From Ruminococcus albus 7 = DSM 20455 (GTDB lineage: Bacteria > Bacillota > Clostridia > Oscillospirales > Ruminococcaceae), in NCBI RefSeq assembly GCF_000179635.2, contig NC_014833.1:540001-572000 (forward strand): a DNA stretch of 32,000 bases, written 5' to 3'. A model generated the notes under the pieces. The model saw only the letters and a program-made list of their open reading frames with translations, ran no database searches and was not told the DNA's origin. Position numbers and translations under genes: made by a program. Positions 9,301-16,780 of this stretch are shown in pieces; the first letter of the stretch is position 1, and each line of letters opens with the position of its first letter.

Positions 9301-9419
9301 TCACATCGCCTAAGCTGAAGGCAGGCAGTTCCTATCAGATGGTTATCTGCGCCAAAGTGAACGGCAATTGGGATATTACTGATATCAATTCCAGATCATT
9401 CTATGTTACCGTGAAGTGA
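6303..9419 (+). CDS. Secreted multimodular glycoside hydrolase: GH98-like catalytic region (tentative), CBM6/35-like module, unassigned beta-sandwich-like module, C-terminal Fn3-like module
   Basis: I prefer ATG 6303 (AAAGGAGG RBS, signal peptide MKFKKLCALILAGTLVAG) over the ORF-track start at 6258. The N-terminal region has PEHPMLIVHIDTWNYADPAKII and IGFNYSEQFWGF, which I recall as GH98-like. The CBM block is RQYEGEFFDV...LYIDNFTV. The C-terminal module is TQYHQFKVNWSSVKGASQYGIAVKLAGRWKVQ. Confidence 0.8.
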   Translation: MKFKKLCALILAGTLVAGTMIAPAGGIVPAAIRPIGITAEAASYMRRPCDPEHPMLIVHIDTWNYADPAKIIATIPESIRPYCVFNISLSINWSNTEHKWLMVQDGYECAKSWLKTCSDMGVWCMVQPASGGQCHFPDYDSNYNIVNSPNKNRYVQHADDDYENTIYAEFFRDYPSFIGFNYSEQFWGFASQDHPCTFQQRYQHFAHLLKLCNKYGGYLNINFCANRWSAGLNPIAMLKTNSQWRDACEKYGQNLMLEEKYTQESMIEDVESQILGLYLSGYCGCYGVRYDDTGWTDLGSDGSSLSTKNQYRQITGLPIHAERMIMNGATVIDGPELVWNDDFGETWGGVKDSEGYSCRNWFTKDQYVNSTLNFFEKMVDGTYRIPTRQEVIDRTKYIIIQDVSSGGDNTKYSTYQTLFEGLYRMPNDGNLWDNKNLYKSTGRYPTIPTTYGLRDSTAKSFKYQLKQSQLGSRWSSISAKQNEFNREFPSEYVGTCYAGHYNNTWVTYNNDKLNGNQGVLIDLQYNTCSTFDANFNAYGNAIINEYSDHIDIYANNFDNKAQTTLSTDTFKVNGCNSRPTYTAKDTGRNQTRSQISESYSNGTYTLTVKHNGPVDIRINCTGNNTGRKTNYNKASVQPITKPAFYTGTRQYEGEFFDVKNVEGYVTNACNSGVTGIQGHGFLKYGKNYNAAVKDTVHTNKAGQFTMKLRYSSQSDIDQVDLYVNGTKQETMHLSNTYGYSNWKTYEKTINLKAGDNKIEFKSNSALPSSLYIDNFTVDGDFGDGSGTIIVNEPDPIQGRIVRDLKVADAENADDWSIVYDTTVGSRFYGDRDITVSSIPSYLKNRETIRTACDSKLYSGDEAAFTVNQNATVYIAVDDRVNQGLSWLGSWTKTSDTMTTSNDVVLTLFHKDFSAGSSVTLGTNGAQGLSANYIVFVLPQGTYQSETHEYPKVTNIQYNTQYHQFKVNWSSVKGASQYGIAVKLAGRWKVQAYTDAYTTTFTSPKLKAGSSYQMVICAKVNGNWDITDINSRSFYVTVK

Positions 9420-9434
9420 TCTATATCCGAACAG

Positions 9435-9464
9435 AAAACGGCAGCCTGCCATGGCTGCCGTTTT
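9435..9464 (+). terminator. Intrinsic terminator of the GH98-like gene
   Basis: aaaacggcagcc (9435-9446) pairs with ggctgccgtttt (9453-9464). The U-run is part of the 3' arm. Confidence 0.7.
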
Positions 9465-9486
9465 CGTATAATGCTTTTACTATAGA

Positions 9487-9531
9487 AAAGCCATAGTACT
9501 TCTGAAAGCGTATCAGAGGTACTATGGCTTT
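9487..9531 (-). terminator. Stem-loop downstream of the esterase gene
   Basis: aaagccatagtac (9487-9499) pairs with gtactatggcttt (9519-9531). It lies about 40 nt past the minus-strand stop at 9573. Confidence 0.6.
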
Positions 9532-9572
9532 GATCGTTATAAGCTAAGTGTTTTACATCAGATCACTTTTGC

Positions 9573-12500
9573 TTATTTCACATAGTTGCTGAGTCCCGAG
9601 ATGTTTGCGGACTTTATAGCATTTGCTATCAGCTGTGCGATAACGGGAGCACCTGTCTCATTGAAGTGAGTAGTATCAATGTGGAGCTTAGCTGCATTAT
9701 CGTAGCCAATGGAATTATAGTAGTTCACCATTGCGCCGTTAACGTCAACGTAAGGAACAGAATATTTTGCGGCAAGCTTCTTGCAGGCATCGGCATATTC
9801 TGTATAAGAACCTGTGAAACGTCCGTTTTTGTAAGCCTTCAGACCGAGAGTGCAGGACATGAGTATGGGAGTTGCACCCTTTGCCTTGGTGTCCTTTATG
9901 AATGATGTCATATACCACTCGTATGATCCTGAAGACGGGTTATCTACGTTGCCGCAGAGAGGTGCATATCTGTCTGCGTAGCTCTTTCCTGCATCGTTTA
10001 TAGCGAACTGTATAGCTACGAAGTCACCTTTCTTGAGGTTCTGTACTATTGTGGCAAATCTGCCTTCGTCATAGAATTTTTTAGAGCTTCTTCCTGCCAT
10101 GGCATGATTGTATATGCTCACGTTGCTTGAGAAGTATTTTGGCAGCTCGTAACCCCAGCCCTGGATAGGACCGCCCTGCTGTGACTGTTTGTTAGCGTTG
10201 TAGTACATACAGGTAGAATCTCCTGCAAGATAGAGCGCAGGTTTGGTGTTGTCGATATACTGTTCCTGAGCATTGGGATCATAAAGCTCAGCAACTGGTT
10301 CATCGGTGAGTGTGATCGTCAGGTAGTCGAAGTTGGGACCGCCGTCTGAGCCTGCAGACTCAAATTTTATAGTGTTATCACCTGCGTTCAGGGGCAGTAC
10401 AAGTCCGAGAGCATCCCATGTTGTCCATGCGCCTGTTGATGCAAATGTCTGTATCCAGTAGCTGCTTGTATTGCCGTTGACAAATACCTTGGTATCTCTT
10501 GAGGATGATGAACCGTTGGAAAAGCGTACATAAGCCATGTACTTGCCGCTGGTAGGAGCTGTTACCTTAAATGTAAGGCTGCTGCCGACAGCATTGTTCA
10601 GGTTTATATAACCTGTATTTGAGGACTTGCCTATATCGGTGGATGTCTTTGTGAATCCGCTGTTAGTTTCCTCTGCCCATGCATCGTCCCATGTCTGGTC
10701 AACTGCGAAATAGTATCCATCCCACGGATCAGTGGAAACTGATACATTTTCATAAACCGGAGCGGGGAAGCTACGCATACCCAGTGCGTACTGCTGGATA
10801 TAAAGAACATCGTTATCATTGATGCTTCCGTTGCCGTCAACATCAGCGTTCTTCATGCCCTGCTTACACAGAGGATATCTGTATGAGTTGTTAAGGTACT
10901 GTTTAATAGTTACTGCATCAGCCATATCCACCTTTCCGTCAGCGTTTGCGTCGCCGGGATAGCGTGTAAGCGTATTTGTATACTCTGGCTCGGGCTCAGG
11001 TTCAGGCTCGGGCTCGGGATCATTTGGCTGTACTTCTTCGAGTATCCACTTCTGGCAGTTATGACCGTTGACTTCCCACTGCTGGATGTTGGCGCCTTCG
11101 TATGTCAGTGCGCTGCCGACTTCTATCGCGCCTTTGTCGCCTGAGCAGCGTGATACCATGGTGTAGCTGCCGTCACCGTTCTCGAAGAACCTGAACCACT
11201 GTGCACCGTAGTTCTGGTTTGTGTTGAGGGCGATATTGGCACCGTTGGCTGAACTGCCGTTTGCAACATCGAGAAGGTATGTGCTGCCGCCGCCAAGGTA
11301 TGACCATATCTCATAGTAATTATAGCCCTTGTGCTTCAGTCTCCATGTGTTCCAGTCTCCGACCTGGGCACCGCTCCACTGCTGGACATTTGCACCGACA
11401 GCAGCTTCGCCGTTCTTAACTTCGAGGTACAGACCGCTGTTAACGTTCTTGAAACGGTACATCTTGGAGGTATCCATCTGTACGGGCTCTTTTGTTTCAA
11501 ATACAAGACCCGACATCAGCTCAGCGAGCTTCTTTGCACCCTCCAGACTCTGGTGGAGATCGTCACCGCTGGCATAGTAAGGTGTCATAGCATCGTAACC
11601 GCCGATGCTGAATCCGAAATCCTGCCATGCATTGAAAAGGTCAACGACTCTTACATTTTCCTCAGAAGCGACAGAGTCAAGCTCTCCGCCGAACCAGCGT
11701 CCGCTGAGCTTCGGGTTTCTGTTGTAGTCGGCGTGACGTCCCTGCTGTTTTACAAGGATAACGTCCATTCCCTTGGCTTTAGCCTTTTGAGTCATAGTAG
11801 ATACTGTGCTGTGATACTCATCCTTATTGGAATAGTTGGTATCATTTATACCTATGGAGATTATGTAGATATCTCCTGATTTGCCGTAAGTTTCAATGGG
11901 AGTGAACTGTCCGCCGTCATAGAACCCCTTGGCGTACTGTCCGCTGGTAGCCATATTCCTTACTTCAAAACCGTGCTGTGATGCGTATGTTCCGAAATAC
12001 TGTCCCCAGCCGTGTGCCTGGGTAGAACTTCTGTTATAGTAGTTGGCAACTGTTGAGTCACCGCATATCCATACTGTCTTAGGCATTACGCCCGTGGTGT
12101 TTATCTGCGTTATCTCAACAGCAGATATGGAACGCTGACCGTTACTTATGCCTGTAACAGCTTGTATATTAAGCTGTCCGTCTGTAACAGGAAGTTTTAC
12201 GGTCTCGGAAGCGTTGAGCCCTGTGAGGTTCATCATCTGGAACATACCTTCCATTTTGATACAGCACCTAGGTGCATTACCCACAGTGACCTTTACCTCG
12301 TAAAGTCCTTTAGGAAGATCAACGTTGAATGTGTTTGAACCGCTGTCTGACTTGAACTCGACTGCGTCGCTGCCTGCGCCGTTTCCGCCTGCGGAAACAT
12401 TACCGACATTTCCTGTCTGTGCGAAGCCGTAGCCTCTCCAGGAAGCATATTCGTCAGATGCCGATACACCTGTGTACCCCGAGGCTGTACCGCCCGTTCC

Positions 12501-12635
12501 GAAGTCGAATTTCCAGTTTGCAGTCGCGGCTTTCGCAGTAAGCACACCGTTTGCATTCGGTACACCAATACCCGAAAGCATCAGAAGCGACAAAGCTGCT
12601 GAGGTCAGACCGCTGACCAGCTTTTTAAATCTCAT
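9573..12635 (-). CDS. Cellulosomal bifunctional SGNH/GDSL (CE12-like) acetyl esterase: beta-sandwich, esterase 1, CBM13 ricin-type lectin, PE linker, type I dockerin, CBM35-like module, esterase 2
   Basis: AAAGGAGG RBS and a signal peptide. SGNH blocks are VWICGDSTVANYY, GINDTNY and DDLHQS in esterase 1, and LYLAGDSTCMYY, AINDAG and DTTHFNETGA in esterase 2. QxW-type repeats are VQQWSG, AQWFRF and IQQWEV. The linker is PEPEPEPEPEPE. The dockerin reads GDANADGKVDMADAVTIKQYL...NADVDGNGSINDNDVLYIQQYALG. Confidence 0.9.
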   Translation of the reverse strand: MRFKKLVSGLTSAALSLLMLSGIGVPNANGVLTAKAATANWKFDFGTGGTASGYTGVSASDEYASWRGYGFAQTGNVGNVSAGGNGAGSDAVEFKSDSGSNTFNVDLPKGLYEVKVTVGNAPRCCIKMEGMFQMMNLTGLNASETVKLPVTDGQLNIQAVTGISNGQRSISAVEITQINTTGVMPKTVWICGDSTVANYYNRSSTQAHGWGQYFGTYASQHGFEVRNMATSGQYAKGFYDGGQFTPIETYGKSGDIYIISIGINDTNYSNKDEYHSTVSTMTQKAKAKGMDVILVKQQGRHADYNRNPKLSGRWFGGELDSVASEENVRVVDLFNAWQDFGFSIGGYDAMTPYYASGDDLHQSLEGAKKLAELMSGLVFETKEPVQMDTSKMYRFKNVNSGLYLEVKNGEAAVGANVQQWSGAQVGDWNTWRLKHKGYNYYEIWSYLGGGSTYLLDVANGSSANGANIALNTNQNYGAQWFRFFENGDGSYTMVSRCSGDKGAIEVGSALTYEGANIQQWEVNGHNCQKWILEEVQPNDPEPEPEPEPEPEYTNTLTRYPGDANADGKVDMADAVTIKQYLNNSYRYPLCKQGMKNADVDGNGSINDNDVLYIQQYALGMRSFPAPVYENVSVSTDPWDGYYFAVDQTWDDAWAEETNSGFTKTSTDIGKSSNTGYINLNNAVGSSLTFKVTAPTSGKYMAYVRFSNGSSSSRDTKVFVNGNTSSYWIQTFASTGAWTTWDALGLVLPLNAGDNTIKFESAGSDGGPNFDYLTITLTDEPVAELYDPNAQEQYIDNTKPALYLAGDSTCMYYNANKQSQQGGPIQGWGYELPKYFSSNVSIYNHAMAGRSSKKFYDEGRFATIVQNLKKGDFVAIQFAINDAGKSYADRYAPLCGNVDNPSSGSYEWYMTSFIKDTKAKGATPILMSCTLGLKAYKNGRFTGSYTEYADACKKLAAKYSVPYVDVNGAMVNYYNSIGYDNAAKLHIDTTHFNETGAPVIAQLIANAIKSANISGLSNYVK
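10779..10958 (-). other. Type I dockerin module (two Ca-binding F-hand repeats), internal to the esterase
   Basis: DANADGKVDMADAV and DVDGNGSINDNDVL duplicated loops, read from the reverse-strand translation. Boundaries are approximate. Confidence 0.8.
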
Positions 12636-12929
12636 CTAAACTCCTCCTTTTCTTAAACAGATGCCCACCTTATATAAAGCATCAATTTTATGATTTAATT
12701 TTAACACAATTTATTATCATTTTCAATAATATTTTGTGCAAACTTTATTACATATATGCGACCTGGAGATCTGAAGTGAACAAAAACAAAGCTTTTGAGC
12801 GTACATCGGGGTAAAAGATACTGGGTAAATTAAGTTCTTGCTACGGGTAAATTAATCACTGCTTTGATCGGCCTGCTGTTTGAGCATATTGTTATATGAC
12901 TGATGCTGTGTTTTTGTGCAAAACTTCCT

Positions 12930-12958
12930 TTGCTTTATATCCTGTAAAGTGCTAAAAT
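12930..12958 (+). promoter_or_regulatory. Promoter of the CarD-like gene (extended -10)
   Basis: TTGCTT (12930-12935), 17 nt ending in TGC, TAAAAT (12953-12958). Confidence 0.5.
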
Positions 12959-13036
12959 AGTATATGAGAACGTGTAGCAGTTACTGCGTAAGTCCGGTTG
13001 CTTGCTTCACGTTTTATTTTTTGCGAGGTGATACTT

Positions 13037-13534
13037 ATGTATAAAACGGGCGATGTTGTTATGTACGGTACAAGCGGGATATGTAGGGTCGCGGCTGTAG
13101 AAAAACGTGATCTTACCGGAGAAGAACAGGAATACTATATACTCAGAAATATATATTCCGATAAAAATATCTATTATGTGCCGGTAAATAACGAAGCTGC
13201 ACTTGGCAGGATGCACCCGGTATGTACAAAGTCTGAGGTCGATGAACTGATATCCCATATGAATTCCGAAGGATTGATATGGATAGATAATGACAACAAG
13301 CGCAAGGAGGAATACAGCCGTATCATAAAGGATGCGGACAAGCACGAGATCATAAGACTGATCAAGACCCTTTATCTTCGCCGCAGAGAACTTTCAGAAA
13401 ACGGCAGGAGACTGCGTTCTTCCGATGAGAACTACCTTGGTATAGCAGAAGATATGCTTTTTGAGGAGTTTGCATACGCTCTCGGTATAGACAGGTGCGA
13501 GGTAGTGGATTATATCGAAAAGCATCTGGCATAG
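13037..13534 (+). CDS. CarD/CdnL-family RNA-polymerase-binding transcriptional regulator
   Basis: ATG 13037 follows a GAGGTG RBS. The N-terminus MYKTGDVVMYGTSGICRVAAVEKRDLTGEEQEYYIL is typical of the CarD_CdnL_TRCF domain. The size (165 aa) fits the family. Confidence 0.8.
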   Translation: MYKTGDVVMYGTSGICRVAAVEKRDLTGEEQEYYILRNIYSDKNIYYVPVNNEAALGRMHPVCTKSEVDELISHMNSEGLIWIDNDNKRKEEYSRIIKDADKHEIIRLIKTLYLRRRELSENGRRLRSSDENYLGIAEDMLFEEFAYALGIDRCEVVDYIEKHLA

Positions 13535-13626
13535 GCCGTATACGGCTGTAAAAACTGATGTGCCGTAGATATGCGATGGCAGAAAGACGTATTTTTACGT
13601 AAGCGGACAAATGGGGTGTATTACGA

Positions 13627-13655
13627 TTGACCTTTTTGACACGGTGTGATATAAT
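13627..13655 (+). promoter_or_regulatory. Promoter of the flavoprotein / CMD-cupin operon
   Basis: TTGACC (13627-13632), 17 nt, TATAAT (13650-13655). It leaves a leader of about 100 nt. Confidence 0.55.
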
Positions 13656-13762
13656 TTATGTGTATACCACTTGCTGAGGAAATGCATGGAACTGCGGACG
13701 CAGGAATACTTCCTTGAAGTGGTGCGTGAATAATAAATATCAAGTCGTAAAGGAGAACTATA

Positions 13763-14392
13763 ATGAAAGTGCTGATACTTAACGGAAGTCCTCGTGTGAA
13801 CGGCAACACTTCCATCGCTGTAAACGAGCTTGTAAAGACCTTTGAGAAGGAAGGCATAGCAACTGAGGTCTGTCATATCGGAAATAAGGATATAAGAGGC
13901 TGTATCGCCTGCGGAAAATGTTCTGCGCAGGGACGCTGTGTGTTCGATGATGCAGTGAATGAGATCGCGGCAAAGTTTGAACAGGCTGATGGTCTTGTAG
14001 TGGCTTCGCCTGTGTACTATGCATCGGCAAATGCCACACTTATCGCCTGTCTTGACAGACTGTTCTACAGCTCGCATTTTGATAAGACTATGAAGGTAGG
14101 TGCGAGCGTAGTTGTGGCAAGACGCGGCGGCTGTTCCTCAACGTTCGATGAACTCAATAAGTATTTCACTATCTCGGGAATGCCTGTTGCATCAAGTACC
14201 TACTGGAACAGTGTTCACGGCAGAGAAGCAGGAGAAGCGGAGTTTGATGCTGAGGGTATGCTGACAATGAGAAGTCTGGCAAGGAATATGTCGTTCCTGA
14301 TGAAGTCTATCGCCCTCGGAAAAGAAAAATACGGACTGCCTGACGGTGAACCATGGCAGCCTACTCATTTTATAAGAGATGATCTGAAATAA
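13763..14392 (+). CDS. Flavodoxin-like NAD(P)H-dependent FMN reductase / iron-sulfur flavoprotein
   Basis: AAAGGAG RBS. MKVLILNGSPRVNGNTS is the FMN_red-type N-terminus. A Cys cluster follows (GCIACGKCSAQGRC). Confidence 0.8.
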   Translation: MKVLILNGSPRVNGNTSIAVNELVKTFEKEGIATEVCHIGNKDIRGCIACGKCSAQGRCVFDDAVNEIAAKFEQADGLVVASPVYYASANATLIACLDRLFYSSHFDKTMKVGASVVVARRGGCSSTFDELNKYFTISGMPVASSTYWNSVHGREAGEAEFDAEGMLTMRSLARNMSFLMKSIALGKEKYGLPDGEPWQPTHFIRDDLK

Positions 14393-14406
14393 AGGAGTGA
14401 TATGTA

Positions 14407-15162
14407 ATGGCAGAAAAGATCGTACAGACGGCAGGCAGAGATCAGCTGGGAGAATTTGCTCCGGATTTTGCTCGTTTCAATGATGATATCCTGTTTGGCG
14501 AGAACTGGAACAACACTGATATCGACCTGAAGACAAGAAGTATCATAACTGTTGTGGCGCTGATGTCTCAGGGCGTTACGGATAATTCCATACGGTATCA
14601 TATCATGAATGCCAAAAACCACGGTGTATCACAGGCGGAAATGGCAGCGGTCATCACTCACACCGCATTCTATGCGGGTTGGCCTCATGCGTGGGCGGTG
14701 TTTGGCATAGCAAAGGAAGTCTATGCAGATAATGCACCTGCTCTTTCCGAAAAGGACAGATTTCAAAAAGAACTGTTCTTTCCGATCGGTGAGCCGAATC
14801 CATACGGTGATTTCTTTGTGGGACAAAGCTATCTTGCACCTGTTTCTACTGAGCAGATACCGATATACAACGTGACTTTTGAACCCGGCTGCCGCAACAA
14901 CTGGCATATTCATCATGCGAAGAACGGAGGCGGTCAGATGCTTATATGTGTCGGAGGTCACGGCTGGTATCAGGAGTATGGCAGGGAAGCGCGACCGCTT
15001 GCTCCTGGAGATATAGTCAATATCCCTGCTAATGTCAAGCACTGGCATGGCGCGGCTAAAGACAGCTGGTTCGCACATCTTGCTATAGAGATACAAGGTG
15101 AAGACAGCAGCACAGAATGGTGTGAAGCTGTTAATGATGAAGATTATTTAAAGCTGAGATAG
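14407..15162 (+). CDS. Carboxymuconolactone decarboxylase-family (AhpD-like) domain fused to a cupin domain
   Basis: The start is 15 nt after the previous stop, with an AAAGGAG RBS. The CMD-like region is LKTRSIITVVALMSQG...THTAFYAGWPHAW. The cupin region is NNWHIHHAKNGGGQMLICVGGHGWYQE...NVKHWHGA. Confidence 0.8.
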   Translation: MAEKIVQTAGRDQLGEFAPDFARFNDDILFGENWNNTDIDLKTRSIITVVALMSQGVTDNSIRYHIMNAKNHGVSQAEMAAVITHTAFYAGWPHAWAVFGIAKEVYADNAPALSEKDRFQKELFFPIGEPNPYGDFFVGQSYLAPVSTEQIPIYNVTFEPGCRNNWHIHHAKNGGGQMLICVGGHGWYQEYGREARPLAPGDIVNIPANVKHWHGAAKDSWFAHLAIEIQGEDSSTEWCEAVNDEDYLKLR

Positions 15163-15195
15163 CATTTGTGATCCTTAGTGCTGATATGGAACAAA

Positions 15196-15226
15196 GCCCC
15201 CTGCAAACGCTGTGTTTGCAGGGGGC
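15196..15226. terminator. Bidirectional terminator between convergent genes
   Basis: gccccctgcaaac (15196-15208) pairs with gtttgcagggggc (15214-15226) around a 5-nt loop. A T-rich tract follows. Confidence 0.75.
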
Positions 15227-15293
15227 AGTTTGTGTTTATCGGTATTTGGAAAGCGGATGACAGTTATTATCTGTTCCGCTGGTGGGATGCCTG

Positions 15294-15770
15294 TTATTGA
15301 TTCGGGATATATGCATCAAGCAGCTGCTGCAGCATCCTGTCACGGTCGAAAAGCAGTCTGTCAAGCTGATCCAGCTGCTTTTCCAGCAGTGAGATAGAAC
15401 GCTCATAAGCATTTTTTCTTTCCTCATATATGGATAAACGCTTTTCAAATTCGTCGTGCTTGCTCTCGAGCTGTATCAGAAGATCATCTACCTGACGGTT
15501 GCGTTCTTTCAGCATCTGTTTGAGGGCAGCCACATCGTCTGTGGTGTAATCATCGCCGTAAACCTCTATAAGCGATTCGTAAATGGGAGCTATGGACTGA
15601 TAATGAAAATTCTTTTCCTCCGAGCCCTCGGCAAATATATCGTACATCGTCCTTGGAGATACATATCCGCCGTGTTCGGCAACGATATCCTGTATCTGCG
15701 GGATAGACATACCATGCTGATTCTTGATCTCCTTGATAGTCTTGATTCGTTGTCTTAAAGTTCTTTCCAT
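15294..15770 (-). CDS. Hypothetical HTH-like protein with a long C-terminal coiled coil
   Basis: I prefer the ATG at the complement of 15768-15770 (GAAAGGA RBS) over the TTG at 15785. The N-terminus MSIPQIQDIVAEHGGYVSPRTMYDIF is HTH-like. The C-terminal half is heptad-rich (QLESKHDEFEKRLSIYEERKNAYERSISLLEKQLDQLDRLL). I recognise no family. Confidence 0.65.
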   Translation of the reverse strand: MERTLRQRIKTIKEIKNQHGMSIPQIQDIVAEHGGYVSPRTMYDIFAEGSEEKNFHYQSIAPIYESLIEVYGDDYTTDDVAALKQMLKERNRQVDDLLIQLESKHDEFEKRLSIYEERKNAYERSISLLEKQLDQLDRLLFDRDRMLQQLLDAYIPNQ

Positions 15771-15816
15771 AAAATATCCTTTCAAAAACTTGCAAGAAAC
15801 TTGCAGGATTAATTCA

Positions 15817-15845
15817 TTGTCAAATCCCTACTATTCATGTATAAT
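15817..15845 (+). promoter_or_regulatory. Promoter of the Spo0A_C-like gene (implies a long leader)
   Basis: TTGTCA (15817-15822), 17 nt, TATAAT (15840-15845). The reverse strand of 15818-15823 reads TTGACA. Confidence 0.5.
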
Positions 15846-16070
15846 TAATCACGATGCTTTGCTATTTGAACGAAGGGTCATTCACAATATCCGATTTACA
15901 GCTGTTTTACAAAAACGAGCACAGTTAACATTTTAACATAAGTCGGTAAATTTGTCAACCGCTGCAAAGCCTTGCATAAGTCTGTGGATAAACTTGCGGA
16001 ATTTTCTGATCTATCATTGCAAAGGACAGCAGCAAAACACATCAAACTGATCGGTAAAGGAGAGGTCATA

Positions 16071-16649
16071 ATGAATATGGTCATGATAGAAGAAAAGGAA
16101 GAACTACTTTCGGTAAAACTGGCTGAAAGATTGAAGAAAGACGGGTTTTTCGTTGTTGCACATGGTACTGTACTGGAAATAATGAACTACATTTTTGAGG
16201 TAAAGGGTACAGGCGGTCAGCCGAGGCACAACGGACTCAGATATGAGCTTCCTGCAGAGTACGGTGAAGATACGCTGTACAGCTATATCAAGATGACCGT
16301 TTCCACACCGCTCGAAAGGAAAGTGGAGGATATGACAGTAGATACGGTATTATCACTGGGTATATCAAGGGCGCTGAGGGGATACTCATATCTTGCAGCT
16401 TCGATAACTATGTGTGTAGCCTGCCCCGATAAGCTGTATTCTCTGAACAAGGATGTTTACCCCGAGATAGCGAGAAAATACAATGTTGATGTATCCTGCA
16501 TCGAACGAAGCATCCGCCATGCTATATGCAAGGCTTATTCGGAGGATCCCGAGCCTATGAAAAAACTGTTCAGGCGGCCTATCAGACGTCCGAAATGCCA
16601 GGAACTGATCGCCGAGTGTGCCGATATCATAAGGCGGATATTCTATTGA
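16071..16649 (+). CDS. Orphan Spo0A C-terminal (DNA-binding) domain protein with a degenerate receiver-like N-terminus
   Basis: ATG 16071 follows an AAAGGAGAGG RBS. The C-terminus LGISRALRGYSYLAASITMCVACPDKLYSLNKDVYPEIARKYNVDVSCIERSIRHAICKAY matches the Spo0A_C pattern (GY.YL...I, LYP.IA.KY, ERAIRHAI). The N-terminus lacks the receiver acidic pocket. Confidence 0.75.
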   Translation: MNMVMIEEKEELLSVKLAERLKKDGFFVVAHGTVLEIMNYIFEVKGTGGQPRHNGLRYELPAEYGEDTLYSYIKMTVSTPLERKVEDMTVDTVLSLGISRALRGYSYLAASITMCVACPDKLYSLNKDVYPEIARKYNVDVSCIERSIRHAICKAYSEDPEPMKKLFRRPIRRPKCQELIAECADIIRRIFY

Positions 16650-16780
16650 CGGATCACCGGAATGGTCTGATGCAAAAGCCTTCCGAGGAGACGGAAAAGC
16701 TTATGGAAAAATATAAACCGAAATGACCGCCCTAGTCCGAGGACGGTCATTTTATACCCGTAAGAAGAACCTGCAGCACG

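Noticed and set aside
10982-11020. A 6-bp-period microsatellite (ggctcgggctcaggttcaggctcgggctcggg) as a non-coding repeat or CRISPR-like element.
   Set aside because: It is simply the coding sequence of the PEPEPEPEPEPE interdomain linker of the esterase. No spacer/repeat organisation exists anywhere in the window.
13656-13762. Assigning the flavoprotein leader to a known riboswitch class (FMN, guanidine-II, preQ1, fluoride).
   Set aside because: None of the conserved cores I remember is present. The central tetraloop is GGAC rather than the ACGR of mini-ykkC. The region is kept only as an unclassified structured leader.
16526-16726. 66-aa plus-strand ORF overlapping the 3' end of the Spo0A_C-like gene.
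   Set aside because: It is out of frame and overlaps a motif-supported CDS. It has no RBS and runs into the terminator stem.
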